Of a DNA stretch of 18,578 nt, positions 18,015 to 18,578 are shown in pieces (the stretch's first letter is position 1; the number at the start of each line of letters is the position of its first letter). The DNA is from Clostridiales bacterium. Lineage in GTDB: Bacteria > Bacillota > Clostridia > Oscillospirales > Oscillospiraceae. Where the stretch lies: contig JAJQEV010000079.1 of assembly GCA_021201475.1 (NCBI GenBank), positions 1 to 18,578 of the forward strand. Direction: 5' to 3'. The notes beneath the pieces are model-generated. The model saw nothing but the letters and a program-made list of their open reading frames with translations, searched no databases and was not told the DNA's origin. The position numbers and the translations under genes were made by a program.

Positions 18015-18578
18015 CATGAAAAAGCGGATGGTAGATACGATCAATGCCGTCAATGATGGCCGGAAAAAGCACGCCCTTCTGTTCAGCGTTTGCGCCGCTG
18101 CGGCAATGGCGCTGGTGCTCGCCGTTGGCATTTGGCTGGCGATCCCCAAGATTCCCAGCCTGCTGGCGGACGAGGATACGGACAGCAGGTTATATGTGGG
18201 TGAGACTCTGAGCCTGCTCAAGGAGGATGTGACGGAAGGCCAGGTGGCCCGTGTGGAGGAACAGGTGGTTTGGACCTCCTCCAACGAAGCCGTGGCGGCG
18301 GTTGACAGCGACGGCACCATCACGACCCTGAGCGCGGGCACCGCCACCATCACCGCCCAAGTGAAGGATAACAGCTATACATACCTGATTTCCGTCAGCA
18401 AGGTGCCTACCATCGTGGCGGAAACGGAAGAGGATGAGGATGAGCTGCTGGATGACAGCGGCATTGAGGACGACGGCATTGCGGATGAGGCCGGGGACGC
18501 ATCGGAGGAAGCCGAAGCTGAGGAATCCTCTGAAGCCGAGCCTGAGGAAACCGATGAGGCCGAAGCCGGGGAATCCTC
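18015..18578 (+). CDS. Membrane-anchored Big_2 (bacterial Ig-like group 2) domain protein with an acidic, low-complexity C-terminal region. The 3' end lies beyond the window.
   Basis: ATG at 18015 with an AGAGGAAG RBS. The TM helix is LLFSVCAAAAMALVLAVGIWLAI. A Big_2-like segment (ARVEEQVVWTSSNEAVAAVDSDGTITTLSAGTATITAQV) is present. An E/D/A-rich tail follows. The frame stays open to the window end, which is why it is missing from the ORF track. Confidence 0.75.

Overview
Two regions are visible. Positions 1 to about 6600 are a lower-GC accessory segment. Positions 6986 to the end are high-GC conserved chromosome of a Gram-positive anaerobe, probably Clostridia (Oscillospiraceae-like).

The accessory segment opens inside a degraded MobV/Pre-family relaxase gene. 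Its reading frame is interrupted by a roughly 130-bp cluster of three hairpins carrying an in-frame TGA, and by later frameshifts. After it come an XRE-family HTH regulator, a double zinc-ribbon membrane protein, a YdjI/COG4260-like SPFH protein with a C-terminal DUF4339, and a small protein with a Cys/His motif. An operon is supported for the zinc-ribbon and SPFH genes and is likely for the downstream Cys/His protein. The segment continues with a convergent small hypothetical gene, a WG-repeat protein, a small membrane protein, and a BspA-type LRR lipoprotein gene. In that last gene the signal peptide is cut off from the mature domain by a slip in a T7 tract plus an in-frame TAG.

The core part is, on the minus strand, sigA (rpoD), dnaG, mgtE and carB-carA, with good promoters and terminators. 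On the plus strand it is a translationally coupled DUF421 membrane protein and DUF4363 partner, then a Big_2 (Ig-like) surface protein that runs off the window end. No rRNA, tRNA or CRISPR array was found.

The best candidate for an undescribed system is the zinc-ribbon/TM protein, SPFH-DUF4339 protein and Cys/His protein cluster carried on the remnant mobile element.
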